Below the pieces are notes generated by a model that did no database searches, had not been told where the DNA came from, and was given only the letters and a program-made list of their open reading frames with translations. Both the position numbers and the translations under genes were made by a program. From Eledone cirrhosa (Eukaryota), in contig OZ024743.1 of the NCBI GenBank assembly GCA_964016885.1, forward strand, positions 32,798,001 to 32,862,000: a stretch of DNA of 64,000 nt, written 5' to 3'. Shown here one piece after another: positions 1 to 13,118 of this stretch. The first letter of the stretch is position 1. Every line of letters begins with the position of its first letter.

Positions 1-667
1 AGATAAAATTAACACAGTAACAATTTTATTATCAATAATGGTAATATCAAATTATAGTCATAACCCTTTAAAAAAATATTCAATGAAATACTAAAGAATG
101 TTCTGTTTCAATAATTTCTGAGGCTAATATATTTTTCATTTGTGATATTTTTTCTCCAAGAAACGACTAGAATATAGTCAAGGGAAATAACTGATGATTA
201 CTTGATTTGTTGGTTTATTTGAAACTAATGCAGACAGCATTCTATTCTTCCTTCATTCACAACAATATATTGCAAAAAGTAGTAGACTGATTTTAAGTAA
301 GTAGCTGCAAAATAATGCATGTTAATTTAAATTTCCATTCATTATTTTCAGAGTTAGCTGGTAATTATAATATTACTGACATTTCGTGCTGAAAATCAAT
401 CTTAAAATATATTTGATTTAGTATTTTCACACACGCACACACACACACACACACACGCGCGCACACGCACTCACACGCACACGCACTCACACTCACACAC
501 ATTTATGAATATATAGCATTAAATTGTTGATGTTTTGGGTGATGAGTTGTGATAAATTCAGCAGTTTTAAATAAGACACGTTACTACTTCCTTCAGTTAA
601 TTTCAATAGGAATTAAGGATATTTGGATATGAACCATATGATTCAAAATTTTATATTTGAAATCTTT

Positions 668-1230
668 CTAGAGGGATTTTAAAAAATAATGAAAGGAAGA
701 ACAGCTTTCATGACTTATGCAGTTATTCTCAGACTGATGAGAATGATGTAAGTTGTGTTCTTGAACTATAGTAGATTGATGTCTCTGGAAAAGATATAGG
801 TACTGTGAAAATTCCAGAAGGTTGCAGCTCTTGAAAGGAATAAGGGACTTATCAGTGTGGGGTTTAAGTGTGGTGGGGAGACACAATAACGATAATGAGA
901 TGAGGATAGAAAATATATTTGGTGAGCAGGAGATTATATGGGATGCAGTTTAGTACTTCAGAGGAACAGAGACCAGTGTTATAGTGATAGAATAAGAAAA
1001 GAAACAGTAAGATGGATTTTATGTGGATGTGGTTCAGGGTGTTTGTGCATGTAGCAGTAGAACCATTCCAGATGTGAGAACAGTACTGTATGTTTTTGTT
1101 GAGGATCAGCAACTGGTCAGAACTGAAACATTTTCTCACCCTGGATACAAAAATTTAGTCTTTAATGTGCAGTTTGACAATTCTATATATACTAAAGTTC
1201 TACCTGTTGTATGACAAGTAATAATGCTAA
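668..1230 (-). pseudogene. Highly decayed CR1/Jockey-group LINE 3' ORF2 remnant
   Basis: Minus-strand peptides 'RKCFSSDQLLIL...QYCSHIWNG' and a downstream FSR..LWN-like segment resemble the post-RT region of CR1/Jockey ORF2; frames are broken. Confidence 0.45.
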
Positions 1231-1684
1231 GTTTAACTGTAGGCAAATTAATAAAACTGTATAAATTTATAAATAATAATAAATAAATGAATTCACTATG
1301 TCTGCATTTATCGAAAATGATTCCTAATATTAATCACATACAAACACAATCATTAAAGAAGGCAGTATTTAAGAAAAATGAAAGAAATGAAATTAAGAAA
1401 AAGAATATATATTTTCATATATTTTCATATGTAAAAGCCATCATCAAAAAGATGAAGAATGGAAAAAAAGACAACTTTGTACAATTGCTAGCAGACAACA
1501 ATTGTGTGAATGCATGTGGTTCAGTATAATGTTCTTTGCCTCTCTATCGCTCTGTCTGTATGTATACTCTTCCTTCAACTCATATATTAATTTACTAATT
1601 CTCTCTCTTACTCTCTCTACCTTGTCTGTTGTCATATATGAACATTATATATTTGGTATTATTATATATATATATATATATATA

Positions 1685-2032
1685 AAGCGCATGGCTTTGT
1701 GATTAGAGAATTTGGTTCCCAATAATAAGGTTGTGAATTCGTTTCCCAAAGGCCTGCTATATCCTTGAACAAGACACTTTATTTCACATTGCTCTAGTTC
1801 ACTGAGCTGGCAAAAATGAGTTGAACCTGTAATTCGAAGGGCCAGCCTTATCACATTCTGTGTCACACCGAATCTCCCTGAGAAGTATGTTAAGGGTACA
1901 TGTGTTTGTGGAATGCTCAGCCACTTGCACAATAATTTCACAAGCAGGCTGTTCCATTGATCGGATCAACTGGAACACTGATCATCGTAACTGACAGAGT
2001 GCCTTCCATACGGTGATGATGATGATGATGAT
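1685..2032 (+). mobile_element. tRNA-derived CORE-type SINE
   Basis: Degenerate A/B-box head (TGGCTTTGTGATTAG...GAATTCGTTTCC), CORE-like TCCTTGAACAAGACACTTT, (GAT)n 3' tail; preceded by (TA)n. Confidence 0.65.
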
Positions 2033-2295
2033 ATATAGTTTCCATAAAAAGATCATCAGAGCTTTGTAGTAATTCTGAATGCTTGCTTAAGTGTTACTCA
2101 AGTGTAGAGAGAGTATCAAATTGTAATGGTAACCTACAAAATAATTGAACTGATAAACTAAAGTACAGAATGAATATCATTGATATTTATATAAAATTTT
2201 GTTAACATTTAGGATGCTGCAAATGCAAATGATCACCTGATGATTTTTCATTGCGATCATGAAATTCTTATCAAATAAAATATTTACTGTCATTA

Positions 2296-2341
<46 letters not shown>

Positions 2342-2584
2342 AATTTTTTTCAAATTTGCCTTTAGTGAATAATTATTCCAGGTTTCAGGAGAAACATTTT
2401 TTTTTTACGTTTGGTCTGAGAGTTGAAATTTGTCATGTGTGGGCTGTGAATTATTTTCTATCTTATAACATGAATTTTATGAAACCTCATGTCATTGGTA
2501 ATAGATTTTCAATAGGCTAGTCACTGTTTTCTGGCATTTCCAATGGTGAGAGTGACAAGGTAGTGTCTGAGTAACATGAGCAGG

Positions 2585-2587
<3 letters not shown>

Positions 2588-2654
<67 letters not shown>
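2588..2654. repeat. (TG)n microsatellite
   Basis: Uninterrupted TG run of about 33 units. Confidence 0.95.
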
Positions 2655-2655
<1 letters not shown>

Positions 2656-3289
2656 CTTCTGGTTTTATAAATTTATAAATTTTTATCAATAAAGAGAGAG
2701 TTGGTTTCTAACATAGACACAAGACTCGCTCATTGGAATTAAAGCAACCTCAACTATGTAGATATGTATGCATGTCTGCATGCATGCATGTGTGTGCAGG
2801 CATGGATGTTATTTTATGTGCGGATGTGTGTTTTGTGTTATATGTATGCATGTGCATATGCTTTGTATCTGTACATGTATACATGCAGTTATTAGATGCA
2901 GAATATTTGGAATATTTTATATATTTTTACTGTTCCATTAATAGATTGTACTTGTAATTTCCTAACTAGTTGTGTTCTTTCTGTTTCTGTGAAGCCCAAC
3001 TTCTCAAGATTTGTACTAAGGCAGTTACAAACATACCCCAGTGGCCCAATAATCACAGGTATAAATCTGAAGATTTTTTGGGGGGCATGAATACTGAAGT
3101 GAAGATAGTGAGTTTGGCCCTTATACCTACCTCCCTTCTTCTGATTACCGGATGCTGAAGCTGGTATTTACTGCACCAGCTTCTGAAATTCTTGCACTTA
3201 ATTCAGCCTCCTACTTTCCATCACTCATGAACATAGCCCTGAGATATTTGAAGTTCTCCACCGTCTTCAGTGGAACTTCATTTATATGT

Positions 3290-3570
3290 GGAGTGCATTG
3301 CACAGGCTTCTTTGAGAGGACAAGTGTCTTGTTGAAGAAAAAGAAATAATAGGAAGATTGACAGAGTACTGTTCAGTACTGCACAGTTATCAGAGAACAG
3401 GGGATCCCAATATACTGAACATGCAGGAATCTATCAATGAAGATTACTATCTACTAATATGAGAAATTAAAGCTACAGTAAGATCACTGAGTGGCAGAAA
3501 GTCAGTCAGAATTGATAACATCCTTGTTGAACTGCTAAAATGCAGAGGAAAGGCTTCAACAAGTATCCAT
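3290..3570 (+). pseudogene. Decayed RTE-clade ORF fragment (APE-RT linker)
   Basis: Residual 'TEYCS' and 'VRSLSGRKSVRIDNILVELLK', similar to the RTE KSPGxDNIPAELLK motif. Confidence 0.4.
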
Positions 3571-4094
3571 TGCAATAATAATACATTTTAAGGTTTAACA
3601 CTTCTGGATAAATTTTCTGAAATACTAAATTAAATCTTCTACTATTGTTAACAGCATAAAGGTCGTAAATGATTTAGAATCTAAAATTTAACAGTTTACC
3701 TGTCACTTGATCAAGTTTTACTTAATAATACCATATATTACAGATCATAAGCTAGTAGAATCAAACCTTATTCTAAAAAGATACAGAATTGACCATTCTA
3801 AAGTGGTATTATATGTATGGATGTTTACATTTAAGTATGTTTACGCATATGTATGAATGCGTGTGTGTGGCTGGAAAGAAATGAAGCTTGCATGCTCCAA
3901 TGAATTTAGAATAGTAATATACATGAACAGCAAAGTGTAAATGAACTGAGAGAGAAACTGGGCATAAGAGGGATCAGGTGGAGTGTGCAAGACATCCTTT
4001 CTCACTCTCTCTCTCACTCTTTCTCTCACTCTTTCTCTCACTCTCTCTCTCACTCTTTCTCTCTCTCTCTTTCTCCTTTATATATACATATGTG

Positions 4095-4127
<33 letters not shown>

Positions 4128-4899
4128 TGTAATATCTTGATCATGGTGCCGAGCAGTTACGACATGTGTTCAGCAAGCCTTTTCAAGGGTGTAGTAATAT
4201 ATGTAGGGTGTGTAAAAATAGGTCGCTAGTCTTGGTAGTGCTTTGGTCAAATTTATCATTGTAGTAAACTGGGCTGAGGCATAAAGTGAGGTAAGTGTAC
4301 TTGGACAGGCAATGGGTCAAGAGAAGGAAGTAGTGTGAGTAGGGGTAGCTAGTAGGAGGAGAAGGGGTGTAATGGTCATAAGAATAGGGGGTTGAGGGAG
4401 TAAGGGAAAAGGTTATGTATAGACAGCTTAGAGGCTGATGGAAAGTTTTAAAGAAAAGAATAAAATTAAAAATAAAAAGCTGGTTATATAGAAGTAAATG
4501 AGGAAATGGTTAAGTATATTAGTAAATAGGATAAAATAAGATAAAATAAGATCAAGTAAAATATATAGATTTAAAAATAGATTAGATAGTAAGAGTTGGT
4601 AATCAGTGATAAAATGCATGTATTATGTGTATGCATACATGCACACAAGTATACTGGGGAATTTTAGGTTTTATATAGAAATGCATGAATAAATAAGTCA
4701 ATTATTACTTTAATGAAAGGAATGGGGTGAGGTGAAATTTAGAGAGCAAATATATGAGTAGGTGGATAGATGAGTGGGTTAAGTATGTACACACAGGCAC
4801 AAGCATATTCATATGCCTGCATGTAAGCATATATATGCACAGTCATGTACAAGCACATACATATATATATTTATATATATGTATATATATATATATATA

Positions 4900-4962
<63 letters not shown>

Positions 4963-7900
4963 ACATGCACATCCATACAGTCTCACATGCATACACACAG
5001 GTCCATGCATGTCCATATGGTGAGAGTAGGTGGTAAAGCTACCTTCACATATACACAAAGGAAATATAGTATGTAAAAGGAAACTTCCGAGGTGATTAGT
5101 GGTTGGTTGATGGTACAATGTAGGTAGTACGTGGATATACTAGCTGAGAGGTGGGATGTGAACTTGGGGTCTCTGCAGTTGGATTCCCTGGTGAAGTGCA
5201 AGCGTTTGGGCAGGAGTGTAGGGTGGGACTTGGTCCAAGTACGGGTCACTGCACAGGCTTAAATGCTGAGTGGTTCAGGTTCCAGCACTTGGTAAGAGTG
5301 GATCATTAGCCTCTCAGATTGTCTGTTAGTTTGAGGCAGAGGTATGATTTTCATATATATGGATATATATGTGTGTATGCATGTGTATTGTACTTATGTC
5401 CAAATGTTGATATGGTAGGAGTTAATGATAACCACAATACACAACAATATCCAGCTTTATAGATAAATTTGTTTAGTATAGCGACAAATTCTAATGAAAT
5501 GGAAGTCTATTATATACTTTTTATCTATTAATTTAGGCTCAAGGTATTGTTGTCTATGCAAACAATACAATGATTTTTGCAAGATTAGAATGAATAGCCT
5601 TACAGTTAGCTCTTAAGGACTATAATCTCTCAATTGTATATTTCTGTGAAAGAAAATATTTTAAACATTATTGGTTTGTATATTTATATCTCTTGTCTCT
5701 AATACCGAATTGTGAGGTATTAACCATAGATATATGTGAATATCTATATATATTTAGCTTAGAAGTATTTGTGTTGTCTTTAGTTATAACATCATAAATG
5801 ACTGTAGCCACAGAAATAGCCATAAAAGTATTTTTTGATGATTCAGCCTTCTCATAACTATCAGATATATTGCTTATAAACTTGCACATTGATATAAACC
5901 ATCTTATGATGAAGACATTTTAATAGGGGTACAAATCTTTGCAGTAAGAAGAAGAACAGCTTGATTTTTGCAACACATTGCATTACACTAATATTCTATT
6001 ATAAAACCATTGGTATACAAAACAAGAACATATTGGAAAAATTACCAATATATTCATTGTTACTTTCATATAAATACTTTAAACAGGTAGACAAGCACTT
6101 ACATCAACATCGTCATCACTTAACATCTATTTTCCCTGCCAACAAGGGTTGGATAGGTCATCATTGAACAAGTTAGTACTTTATCAGAGCTACTGACCTT
6201 TCAAATAGGTCAGGAACCCACATCTCATTTACATTGTTCCAGTTCTCTATAGAGTAGACTGGCTGCATTTTATTATGACACCAGCACTTGGAAGGTGGCC
6301 ATGAAAAGTTCTCTTTACCCTTTATTTGGCAAGTTTTCTACAGCTGGATGCCTTTCCTATTTCCAACCACTTTACAGAGTGAGCAGTGTGTGTTTTGTTT
6401 TATCATGGCACCAGCACTAGGATGGGGGTATTAGTCATAGACTCAACTAAAGGGCCCTTTCTACCCTATGGGTGGAAATATGATGGAGAGGGTAAGAAGG
6501 ATGATAAGTACATCATGGGGAAGTGACAATAGTTGTGAACAAGTTCAATGTTGTATGTTTAACTTATTTGAGAAAACTTGTCTATCAAAATATATGTATT
6601 TGGCTATACTAAAGAGGAATATGTGTTGAGTCAAAAAGCATATATGTATGAAAGAAAAAAAAACCATACACACAGTCAAGTAAACTTTTGATCAATACCT
6701 TTACAATAATGAAAAACATTGATCTAATTGATTAATGTATTGAAGAAAAAAAAACACCTTATGTTTATGCTCATTTGTATATATACTATTTATTTCATAT
6801 TCTATTCATTTTGACCTCAACAGTGCAACATATCTTATGTATTTAAATATATTTTCAAACATTATATGTAAATTAGTACAAAAACACTTAATGATGATTA
6901 ATGTTTTTAATGATGCCTGGTTTTGTTGGGATAGCTCAACTTTGCCTTTCATTCCTCCTGGGTCAATAAAAAAAACAACTATATACAACAGTGAACTGGC
7001 AGATTTATTAAATACTTTGTGGCATTTGTATTCTGGGTTCAAATCTTGCTGTAGTTTACTTGGATGGTAGACTTAATCTGTCACCCAGTTTAACACTGCC
7101 ACATAGCCGTTGTGTGCTTTTGGTGGAACCCATTCTGTTGCAAGCATTTAAGCTAAATCTTTGGTTTCAGAATGTTTTTCACTCCCTCCCTCCATCCATG
7201 CTACTAGTTTTGGAGGCCCCTGAAAATGTTTATGGGCTTTGCCCCTCCCTCCTGACGAAATAATGAAAGAAAAACTGTATTATCATATTTATCCTATTTT
7301 ATAAAAGTTTATCAGCTCTTGACTTATGAGAAGTCAACTTAACCTCAATAGAATTTGATGTCTGATCTGAGAGGGACAAGAATGAATTAAATAATATATT
7401 TAGTCTCTACTCTCTAATTATTTGAAATATGGTGTAAAGAATAGGGTGGTGTTATCAGAAAAGTTAGAAAATCATTAATTAGCAAAATTGAAAGTGTATT
7501 GAAAGTGCAAGACCAGTACCAAAATCTATTGCAACAAAATCTTATTTACTTTAAAGGAAATCAAACAGTTCAAAACCCTTTAAAAAATCATATGTAGGAA
7601 ATATGAGATATGTTTGATATAAATAAAAGATAAAGACCAAAATATAATGAGCAAACAGTTTTGAGCTAAATATTTTATTCAATGTCAGTTTTGATTCATT
7701 TACATGATATATGAAATGAGTAGAAACATTCTAAAATGAGCACTTAACCCAATAGTATATTTTGCTATATAGTAAAAAAATAAAAAAAGCCATAGTACTA
7801 AGAGTTAGCATAGCCTATTCTAGTTTGTTAGCTTTGCATTTGAAAGCTTCCTACTTTAGTAATCTTTTAATTATGACCATCGTTGGATTACATTTTATTT

Positions 7901-8781
7901 AATTTTTTTATATTTTATACATTCATTTTTTTTTTTAAATTCATTTATTTATTTTAACATTTTTCCTCATTTTGAATATCAACAGCTGTACTAAGATTGA
8001 TTCTCTAATAAGAACTGGTTTATTTGTACACAACTTTAATTCTCATCATGATGGTATTGAAAACCATAACACTTTCAATTTCATATATTTTATTTGTAAC
8101 ATTCTATAATTCCTTTCTGAAGAAATACTTATAAAAACGTGTACACTTCATATAAAGTTGTTATTTTTTTCTTTTGTTTTTTTTTTTTGTTTTTAATATG
8201 AAATTTCAGTCACTGAATTGCATCACAAATGATTGCTTGATAATTTAACACCAAATTCAATATGATCTAACAGAAATTGCTTAACAATGGTTATTTGAAA
8301 TTTCTAGTCTATAAAATGCTGGAAAACCTCATAAAGAAATGACTGCTTCACTATTAAAACAAATGGTAAATTTTATTTTAAGAACTCGAAGCATTTAGAT
8401 AGAAAAACATGACAAAGGCAGATTTTACTGCTGGCTGTTTATATACCAGTATGAAGGAATAATTGCATTATATTTCAGGAAAGAAAAGGGGGAAAATTAC
8501 AAATTGATAATCAAACTGTTGTCATAAAATATTGAACCTAGATGAATGAAAGGCAAATTTTATCTTCGCAGGATTTGAACACAGAATGTAAAGACCCTGA
8601 ACAAATGATTTAAACCATTTTGCCTGATGCTTTAACGATTCAACCCATCACCAAGAAAAAAAATAATAGTTTTAAATTTAAGGTCAAGACCAGTAATTTG
8701 TGGGAATGCAATGTCAATAATATTGACTGCCATATTTGACTGGTTCTTCATTTAACCCCAGTGACATCACAAATTTGAAAC

Positions 8782-8958
8782 CTACTTTTGGCACAAGGCA
8801 AGCAATTACCTAGTGTATTACTGGTACTTTATTTTATCGACCCCATAAGGATGAAAGGCAAAGTTAACCTTAGCGGGATTTGAACTCAGAATGGCAAGGG
8901 CCGTAACTCTATGTGTCAAAGCATAGCGTTTGACCCTCTACCGATACTGCCAATCCAC
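8782..8958 (-). mobile_element. tRNA-derived SINE with Meta-like domain
   Basis: Reverse complement of the family sequence seen at 60865-61056 (A box TGGCAGTATCGG, B box GAGTTCAAATCCC, CTTTCATCCTTAYGGGGTCGATAAAATAAAGTACCAG). Confidence 0.85.
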
Positions 8959-9043
8959 GTTTTCTAATTTAGGCACAAAGCCAGCAATTTGTGGGAGGTG
9001 AAAGTCAGTTAAACCAACTCCAGTAATTGACTGGTATTATATT

Positions 9044-9227
9044 TGGATTGGCAGTATCAGTAGAGGGTCGGACGCCATGCTTTGACGTATAGAGTTACGG
9101 CCCTTGCCATTCTGAGTTCAAATCCCGCCGAGTTTAACTTTGCTTTTCATCCTTACGGGGTCGATAAAATAAAGTACCAGTAATGCACTGGGTAATTGCT
9201 GGCCTTGTGCCAAATGTAGAAACAATT
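9044..9227 (+). mobile_element. tRNA-derived SINE (same family) inserted into an older minus-strand SINE
   Basis: A/B boxes, Meta-like domain, AGAAACAATT 3' end; ATTATATTT repeated on both sides (probable TSD); the interrupted older copy resumes at about 9235-9350. Confidence 0.85.
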
Positions 9228-9374
9228 ATATTTTATGGACCAGAAAAATAAAAGGCAAAGTTAGCCTCAATATGGTTTGAACTGAGAACATAAAGGGGTG
9301 TGATGAAATATTGGAAAGCATTTTGTCTGGGGCTCAAACAATTCTGCCAATTCTAGAAACAATAATAATAATAA

Positions 9375-9570
9375 TGGTTAAGGCCAGCAATTTTGGGGGA
9401 GGGAAAAGTCGATTAAATCGACCCCAGTACGTGACTGGTACTTTATTTTATCGACCCCGTAAGGATGAAAGCTAACCTCGGCGGGATTTGAAATCAGAAC
9501 GTAAAGGGCTATAGCTCTGTGCTGCAAAGCATGGTGTCTGATGCTCTATCGATGGTGCCAATTCACCACC
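9375..9570 (-). mobile_element. tRNA-derived SINE, related subfamily
   Basis: Same Meta-like domain and B box in reverse; (ATT)n tail seen as (AAT)n at about 9360. Confidence 0.75.
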
Positions 9571-10278
9571 CACAATAATGATGTTTATAGTAGGAATTTT
9601 TGTAATTTCTATTTTTCATTTCTTTTCTGACTATTAAAAATACAAGGTAATATATAGAAATATTGTTACATCAACAAGATCATTTCATTTCTGGAAATAT
9701 TGATAGTATCATATGACTCTGAAAAGTAAATATGAATATAAATGTTCTTTGCCCACCAAAATCTCTATAAATTATAAGAAACTAAATACAAATTCATAGA
9801 ATTATAAAGAATAGTCATACTGTCAATAAAAAGCCCCAAAGATAAGTGTCGTCTTCTTTCTAATGCGTGGGTATATCTATGTGTTTGTGTATTCTTGTAT
9901 AGACAACTATTAAGATATTACATTCATTGGAATAGAAGATGACATTTATTGAAATATAAATGATTTAATAGGTATAATAAATGCTGTCATTCGATACACA
10001 ATGCATATATGAAGCACTTGTATATATACAGTGTTACTATCAACATTTTTTCCGGCTTTAGGGGTTTATAACCAACCTTGTTCAAATTTTTGTTATATTC
10101 CAATAAACTAACACATACACACACATGTATATATCTAGTTGGTGTGGGCATTCCATCATGTCTTAAGGTTTTAGGATATCATACCAATGTATGTTTTTTT
10201 TTGTTTGTTGTTGTCACCAGAGACAACATCACATTTATATATGATTATCATATATATATATATATATACATATGTATG

Positions 10279-11096
10279 GATGCCGGTGAGCATGTCCAGC
10301 TAACCTCAGTCTCCTCTGTGTCACTTTTGAGCTGACTTTTGGGAGGCTCCCATACAGCTCTGAGTTTTTCATCCTCAGTGTATACTGATTAATGTTCAGA
10401 GCCATCCTCACCATTTTTGTGTAGCACCCATCCACCATCTGAGTAAGTTTCTTGGTCAGTGTCCAAGTCTCAGACCCGTACAGCAGCACAGACTCCACTA
10501 CAGCAATGAAGAGGCGGATTTTCAGGTCTTTACGAAGGTCCGACTTCCACACCGAACTGAAGCTGTGGCACGCCGCCCAGGCCTTGCTCTTCCTCTCAAC
10601 CACATCATCTTCCGTATCCCCAATCTTTGCTCCCAAATACAGGACGTCCTCAACCAATTCTAGCGGCTTCCCGCCTACATTAGTGATCCCTTCTAGCTTC
10701 TCAACATTCTCTACCAGATATTTTGTTTTAGTCTCATTCATTCTCAGCCCCACATTCATCGACACAGTCTCAATCTCCTGCATCAAATCCTCTGCCTCTT
10801 TCACTGTATTTGTCACCAAAACTGTCGTCAGCAAATTCAGCATCCGATATCTTTTTCGCCTTAACTCTCCTGCTCTGAGCCGGTGCTAGATTAAAGCCAG
10901 AGTCCTTTGACATTGCACTCTGTGGGAGCCTCTACATGGACACACTGGAAGAGGAAGACCAATGTTAACGTATGTTGATGCCCTATGGTCAGACACTGGT
11001 CTGTTGGAGATGCAAGACATGGCAGCGATAATGAGGGACAGAGACCGCTGGAGAGAACTCATCCATGGATCTCGAGAATTTTACCCGCCCTAGAAA
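10279..11096 (+). mobile_element. 5'-truncated, 5'-inverted RTE/RTEX-type LINE insertion
   Basis: 10279-10916 reads on the minus strand as RT (DAEFADD, KTK, YLG, ESVLLYGSETWT, RRLRLAGHAHRHP). 10911-11093 reads on the plus strand as the continuation (HCTLWEPLHGHTGRGRPMLTYVD...MRDRDRWR...PP*). ATACATATGTATG flanks both ends (10266-10278, 11097-11109). Confidence 0.85.
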
Positions 11097-11871
11097 ATAC
11101 ATATGTATGTATGTATGTATAATGGGTTGAGTATCTTTAGAAGAATATGCCCTATAACATTTGATCAGCTCTTGCTATTCATCCTTAAATCTTTCCTCTG
11201 TTTTACCTAAGCACATATTAAAGAAGATCTATTTTGGACTGTGTGTGTGTATGTGTGTTGCCGTTCCTCACATAATACCATAAACAGGTTCTTGGTAGGT
11301 GTTACTTCAGATGGAATGATATCAAGTTTACCACAGGTTCAATGATATAAATAAAATTTACTTTTCTACGTAATATCCCTAGTGATTAAATTTCTAAATT
11401 ACGACTCAAAACTCTTCTAATATTAATATTGAAATATGTGTGTGCTATACATATATTTCAATATTTAAGAAACATTAATAAAGCCAATAAGATGATTATT
11501 TACTTAAAAAGATGTTTGTGGCTTGTTTCTTCTGTTTGTATTATTCCTTGTAGCAATGTTATCGACTCATTCGGAACATATTTGCTTTGGAACTTTTCTC
11601 TTTATGTGGGTTCTTTTCAGTGAAAACATATCCAAGGTTTGTTTCTTCAGTTTGTATAATTCCTTGTAGCAGTTGTATCCACTCACTATGTCTTCTTCTG
11701 AACTTATCTCTCTCTCTCTGAGAATCCTTTTCAATGAAAATGACCATATCTTTATCTAAAAGCTGAAAAGCATCTAATGAATCTTATCAGAATTTGTGTT
11801 GTTTGTTTATTCTCATTCTCATCATTTTCAGCAGGGTGCTGTTCCATCTCCATGAGGTTGCCATTATATAG

Positions 11872-11993
11872 TGGATTGAGTTCAAATCCCGCCGTGGTTG
11901 ACTTTGCCTTTCATCCTTACGGGGTCGATAAAATAAAGTACCAGTAATATACTGGGATAATTGCTGGCCTTGTGCCAAAAGTAGAAACAATTA
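11872..11993 (+). mobile_element. 5'-truncated tRNA-derived SINE
   Basis: B box through the AGAAACAATT end of the same SINE family. Confidence 0.8.
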
Positions 11994-12062
11994 TATAATT
12001 CTTCACTATGTGATTCAAATAATTCCACTACACCTGTTTTTTTTCATGAAATTCAGCTTGAT

Positions 12063-12175
12063 ATCATCATCATCAGGTCGAGCTTGCTCGGCTTTCTACG
12101 ACACGTTTCCTCCATCCATCTCTGTCTCTCATAGCGCAGCTATGAGAGACAGAGATGGATGGAGGAAATGTGTCA
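12063..12175 (-). mobile_element. Minimal RTE/RTEX 3'-end insertion with inverted duplication
   Basis: Minus strand encodes AMRDRDGWRKRVVESRASST* followed by (TGA)n; 36-bp inverted repeat at 12100-12174; CAGCTTGAT direct repeats at 12054-12062 and 12176-12184. Confidence 0.75.
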
Positions 12176-12392
12176 CAGCTTGATGTGCCAGTCTTTAAAT
12201 ATCCTAATGACCATTTTGTTTCGGCTTCTCAAAACCCAGGAAGCCTGCAATGTAGTTTGAATAGATTTTATTTCAAACAAGAAATATTCTGGTTGTTTTC
12301 ACTTCTCACTATGCCTCAGTCAAACTTTTAATAAGATTTATAACACGGTAAACATGCCCAAACTCCTTTATAATAGGTGTAGTTTCAGTTGC

Positions 12393-12592
12393 TTAACCCT
12401 TTAGCATTTACATTACTCTACATTTACTATTATATTTTGATAGTAACAGCTTTATCTCACATGTTATTTATGTTATTTATTTTGAGAACAATACCTGAAC
12501 ATAAGTATGTGTGGCCAGTTATGGCCAGTTTGAACAGAGAGAGGTGAGAGAATTCTGGCCGGATATGGCTGGTTTAAATACTAAAGGGTTAA
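12393..12592. mobile_element. piggyBac-like MITE
   Basis: TTAA-CCCTTTAGCATTTA ... TAAATACTAAAGGG-TTAA: 14-bp TIRs with one mismatch, CCC/GGG termini and TTAA target sites. Confidence 0.75.
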
Positions 12593-12894
12593 AGGCACAC
12601 AGTAAAAAATAGGCTTCCGATGTAACAATAACTCCCTAGTTCATAGGTTGAATTAGGCTTGTATTCTATTTGGAAGATGAAGAGTAGTGTGAACATTGTC
12701 TGGACATCCATGTTAGTTGGGCAAACTGCAGCATTGCCTACAAGAAGCAAAGCTATAGTTGCTTGACTATATCTTTTGATAGCTGGGTAGAGACAGGAAA
12801 TACACCAGCCTTGAAATAGTGTTCTGTTGAACCATTGATTAGCATAAGATGAGAAAATGAAATTTAGAGTAGCCTTTCATAACTACTAATCATC

Positions 12895-13118
12895 TTCATC
12901 ATCATCATCATCATCATCATCATTTTACGTCCGCTTTTCCCTGCTTGCAAGGGTTGGACGGGTCCTATTCAGCACAGCATCTCTCCACTTGTGCTTCGTC
13001 ACCTCCTCGGTGAGTTTCAGCGATCTGAGGTCTTCTCTCACCACCTCCGTGATCTACCTCTACTGCATCTTCCTTCTACTGGGATTTCTTGGCACTTCTT
13101 TATCCAGCAGTCATCCTA
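12895..13118 (-). mobile_element. RTE LINE 3' end
   Basis: (GAT)n tail, CCCTTGCAAGCAGGGAAAAGCGGACGTAAAA terminal motif shared with other RTE copies, and C-terminal 'WIKKCQEIPVEGRCSRGR'. Confidence 0.75.

Noticed and set aside
186-250. CTGATGA...GAAA hammerhead-like cores at 191, 2237, 17146 and 30330-30400 (-)
   Set aside because: Stem I and/or stem III do not pair, or the cleavage triplet ends in G; consistent with chance.
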